Sequence record: NC_034623.1
Reading direction: 5' to 3' (one strand)
DNA: 36,493 bases
A model generated the notes under the pieces. It did no database searches, was not told the origin of the DNA, and worked only from the letters and a program-made list of their open reading frames with translations. The position numbers and the translations under genes were made by a program. Position 1 is the first letter of the stretch; each line of letters begins with the position of its first letter. Below, piece after piece: positions 33,482-36,493 of this stretch.

Positions 33482-34204
33482 TTAATCAACTTTATTTTTC
33501 TTAGGTCTTGGATGCGTAATTAAATAATATTTATTTCCGCTTAGCATAACTGAATTTTCTCCATGATCTGCTGATTTCATAACAAATGTTGTAGAATTTT
33601 GAAGATATACTAAAAACGTAGTACCAGGTGTTGAAAATAAATCGGTAGCTAATACAGTATTTGAAAATTGTATTTCATGATTATAAATTGTCAAACTGTT
33701 TACATGATTGAGACTAAGATTTAATTCGCTATTTGGCGATGGAACTTCATAGATCTCCAAATTGCCTTGATTAAACGTTAGATTAAATTGATATAATTGA
33801 CCTTTTATGAAATAATCATAAATTTCTATTGCATAATTAGTATAAGAAATTAATAATTCTTTAGAACTAAGATTTAAAAGCTCTAGTTCTTTTAATATAA
33901 TGTTTTTCATATCCTCTAAACTTCTTGTAATTTTATTTCTTCTATAAATTGAAATTATTGATGGAGCAGGCGTATAATATATGCCTTTAACTTCTTCTAA
34001 TTGACAATCATTATTTCTAAAACAACCATTAAATGTCATACCGCTTCTTGAAACATATTTAGAACAATTTACATAATGATTTGAAATTAACGAAATTTTT
34101 GTAACTTGACCATTTGAATGTTTCAACATAAAAACGATTGGCAAATGAATTATTTGTTTTAAAATTTTTACTTCATATTTTTTTTGATCTTCAACTTGGG
34201 ACAT
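33482..34204 (-). CDS. acrIIIB1: AcrIIIB1-like type III-B anti-CRISPR (SIRV2 gp48/ORF249-like)
   Basis: ~240 aa in the right accessory arm; QGNL...SADHG...YYLITHPRP C-terminal domain. Assigned from recalled size, position and sequence; needs an alignment. Confidence 0.68.
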   Translation of the reverse strand: MSQVEDQKKYEVKILKQIIHLPIVFMLKHSNGQVTKISLISNHYVNCSKYVSRSGMTFNGCFRNNDCQLEEVKGIYYTPAPSIISIYRRNKITRSLEDMKNIILKELELLNLSSKELLISYTNYAIEIYDYFIKGQLYQFNLTFNQGNLEIYEVPSPNSELNLSLNHVNSLTIYNHEIQFSNTVLATDLFSTPGTTFLVYLQNSTTFVMKSADHGENSVMLSGNKYYLITHPRPKKNKVD

Positions 34205-34293
34205 ACGACCTGACACCTGCAAATGAAAATATGCTATATGACAAATATAAAAATATCTTGAGTTTTCGATTTATAAAAAAGAAAAAAATAATA

Positions 34294-34758
34294 TCAAACT
34301 TTGACAAATTCGATTTTATAATTTTTCTTCAAAAGATAATATACTTTAAAATAGACAGGATCGACATGACTGACAATAGACTCTGGTATCATCTTCAACA
34401 AAACAATAATATCTTCTGGAATATTATATTCATTACCATAATATATAATTATTTTATTTTCTTTAGTTTCAAATCTATACCAAGAATACGCTTTTCTATA
34501 ATCTATAACATAATTATGAGATCCATTATTCCACTCATCATATGCAATATATTTTACGCCATCATCATTAACAAAAATTATAGAACCAACATATCGATAA
34601 TTTACGGTATTTCTTAATTTTTCAAATAGATATTCCTTTAACTCTCTATAATTGGCTTTTTGCATTTCATCCCATAACTGAATAATTTCATATCTTAAAA
34701 TCTCTAATTGATTTATTATTTGATTTATTTTCTCTAATTGTTGATCAAATTTATTCAT
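34294..34758 (-). CDS. 154-aa accessory protein, paralog of 4354-4806
   Basis: Shared motifs as listed for the left copy; ggtga SD and TATA+GTC upstream. Confidence 0.85.
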   Translation of the reverse strand: MNKFDQQLEKINQIINQLEILRYEIIQLWDEMQKANYRELKEYLFEKLRNTVNYRYVGSIIFVNDDGVKYIAYDEWNNGSHNYVIDYRKAYSWYRFETKENKIIIYYGNEYNIPEDIIVLLKMIPESIVSHVDPVYFKVYYLLKKNYKIEFVKV

Positions 34759-34935
34759 TTTCGCTTCTCACCAAATCAATTTGTGAGTTATGACAAATTT
34801 AAAACTTTCTTTATCTTTCGATTTATGAATTTCTTAAAATATTAGTATTAATATTACAAACATAAGAAAAATCAAGCATGGAGAAAGAAAACAAAAAACA
34901 AAAAAATAAAAAATAAAGAATACGAAAGAAAAAAA

Positions 34936-35250
34936 TTAGTATATATTCCAAATTAATAAAGCAATTAACTTTAATATTTCTTCCCTTGTACCCTCTGCTA
35001 TCTTCTGATTATTTACCTCTTTGTAAACCTTATAAAGTCTTGCAATTTTTTGTAGCGTCTTAACAAAATCAATATCTTCTGGATTTAAATAAGTAAAGCT
35101 AATTTCATTTTTCGTATCATTTACTACGACATATAGCTTTGAATATTCTATATGTCTTCCCTTAACTTGTTCTAACTGAATCAAAAAACTAATATTAACT
35201 TGTCCTTCCAACTTTTCTTTAAACGAATTTTGACTTTTTTCTTCCGCCAT
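34936..35250 (-). CDS. Hypothetical 104-aa accessory protein (candidate anti-defence)
   Basis: Directly behind a near-exact copy of the promoter and leader found at 1099-1150. Confidence 0.8.
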   Translation of the reverse strand: MAEEKSQNSFKEKLEGQVNISFLIQLEQVKGRHIEYSKLYVVVNDTKNEISFTYLNPEDIDFVKTLQKIARLYKVYKEVNNQKIAEGTREEILKLIALLIWNIY

Positions 35251-35301
35251 TTTTATTCACAATTTTACATATGCATAAACTCATATTTAAATCTTTCTCT
35301 A
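35251..35301 (-). promoter_or_regulatory. Conserved early promoter plus leader, copy 6
   Basis: Minus strand tagagaaagatttaaatatgagtttatgcatatgtaaaattgtgaataaaa, versus copy 1 tagagaaaactttaaatatgagtttagacatatgtaaaattgtgaatgaaaa. Confidence 0.88.
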
Positions 35302-35354
35302 TCTCTTTACTTCTTTATCTTTCATTTTTTTTATCTTCAACTTCTACAAATCTG

Positions 35355-35372
35355 TAGAAAACTTTAAATATC
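35355..35372 (+). promoter_or_regulatory. Early-type promoter, copy 7 (divergent from copy 6)
   Basis: tagaaaactttaaatatc upstream of ORF 35393. Confidence 0.75.
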
Positions 35373-35392
35373 TAAATATCGAAAGTATACAT

Positions 35393-35761
35393 GTGAGTCA
35401 AATGAAAACACAAGAAAAAAACGAATGGTTGGAAAATACAAAGTACATAGTTAGAAAAATAAGCAAAACAGACATTAGAAATACATTAATGTTTTTTTAC
35501 GAGATGAATGAAGTACCTGAAATAATAATATTAAATAGAGGAAATATACATTTAGAAGGCTTCATAAAATTAAGCAAGAAAATATTTAAATTTGATTTGA
35601 TATTTTTAAGAAAAGAAGAAAAAACCATATTAAGAGTATCATTACAATATGGAAAAGAAAAACTTGAGAAATCTGAAGAAATTTTTATTATAGAATATAA
35701 TGACAGTCTTGAAATACAGCTTGCCGAAACTAAACAATATTTGTTTAGTGTATACTTCTAA
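35393..35761 (+). CDS. ~120-aa accessory protein, distant paralog of 5552-5818
   Basis: See the paralog alignment; start GTG 35393 or ATG 35402. Confidence 0.8.
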   Translation: MSQMKTQEKNEWLENTKYIVRKISKTDIRNTLMFFYEMNEVPEIIILNRGNIHLEGFIKLSKKIFKFDLIFLRKEEKTILRVSLQYGKEKLEKSEEIFIIEYNDSLEIQLAETKQYLFSVYF

Positions 35762-35843
35762 CTTTTAATTTAAATTTATTTTTTTATACCTCATTTTTCT
35801 TAACTTCTCTATAATATTTCAAAACTTCTTTTATCTCTCTATC

Positions 35844-35875
35844 TTTCTAGATCTCTATCTTTCGTTATTTTTATC
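35844..35875 (-). repeat. Orphan 32-bp copy of the ITR promoter-upstream sequence
   Basis: tttctagatctctatctttcgttatttttatc versus 36288-36319 tttttagatctctatttttcgttatttttatc (two mismatches). Confidence 0.8.
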
Positions 35876-36008
35876 GTCTAATCCCTTACTTAGAAATCCT
35901 TCTTTATCCTGAAATAATAAAACGGAAATGAGAAAAATTTGACATAAAAATAACTAAAATAAGAAAATAAAAGCTAAAAGTTAAAAAAGAAAAATAAAAT
36001 AAAAAAAA

Positions 36009-36242
36009 TTAATCTATATCTGACAAAAGGAAATACTTTAAACCGTCACGTTTAGCTTTTATTAAAGATGTTTTTCCTATTTCTTTAGCTTTCTTGCCAA
36101 CTACAACTTTCCAATAATAATGTTCACAATTGTGATAACTTGCTAAATATCCATCTATCCTTCTTTCGCCTAGTTTCTTATTGCAAAGTAAACATATATA
36201 TACTTCCCATCTTCCGATTATATATTTTTGTATCATTTTCAC
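36009..36242 (-). CDS. 77-aa putative zinc-binding protein
   Basis: CLLC..HNCEH; driven by the ITR-boundary promoter. Confidence 0.75.
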   Translation of the reverse strand: MKMIQKYIIGRWEVYICLLCNKKLGERRIDGYLASYHNCEHYYWKVVVGKKAKEIGKTSLIKAKRDGLKYFLLSDID

Positions 36243-36261
36243 TCACATATAATTTTGCATG

Positions 36262-36493
36262 TCCTCCTTTATAAATTTTTCTCTCCTTTTTTAGATCTCT
36301 ATTTTTCGTTATTTTTATCATTAGGCTATACAACATACGATTTCTCTATATTTAGTAATATTATCTCAAATATGAGAAAAATTGAGCATAATTACAGAAA
36401 ATAAAAAATTATAAAACAGAAGAAAAATAGGAAATTAAAAATAACAATTAAAAAATTAACTTAATGTGGTAATTTCTAAATAAAAATCTTTTC
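36262..36493. repeat. Right inverted terminal repeat (truncated by the window/assembly end)
   Basis: Reverse complement of 1311-1542. Confidence 0.95.

Noticed and set aside
34138-34617. 159-aa plus-strand ORF
   Set aside because: Antisense to the 154-aa paralog and the AcrIIIB1-like start; I/F/Y-rich shadow composition.
1-36493. tRNA, rRNA, IS/transposase or integrase genes
   Set aside because: No cloverleaf, rRNA-like GC-rich tract, DDE/tyrosine-recombinase motifs or IS terminal repeats were recognised.

Overview
This window is a near-complete linear dsDNA genome of a rudivirus (Sulfolobus islandicus rod-shaped virus, SIRV-like). Evidence: the 134-aa rudiviral major capsid protein; the HUH Rep / SSB / AAA+ ATPase / Cas4-like nuclease replication block; Hjc resolvase; PVAP pyramid egress protein; SvtR-like RHH regulator; three glycosyltransferases; a TGT-fold protein next to an APC transporter; large virion/fibre proteins; and inverted terminal repeats. 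The gene order differs from my recollection of SIRV1/SIRV2 and may indicate a North American SIRV lineage (not verifiable here). The left end appears to read through the covalently closed hairpin (axis 29/30). The right end is truncated inside the ITR (36262-36493 = reverse complement of 1311-1542). Both arms carry small accessory ORFs behind a near-identical early promoter, including an AcrIIIB1-like gene. Best leads: (1) a stand-alone ATP-dependent ligase with RNA-ligase-like motifs inserted between two virion genes; (2) a ~20-22 bp palindrome at nearly fixed spacing upstream of the TATA boxes of most structural genes, a candidate late-gene activator site; (3) an imperfectly paired terminal hairpin; (4) a transporter + TGT/DpdA-like operon; (5) an exact 288-bp-period triplicated promoter-like element around duplicated membrane genes; (6) a structured ~410-bp non-coding island. 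All family assignments come from motif recognition and memory; no database search was run.
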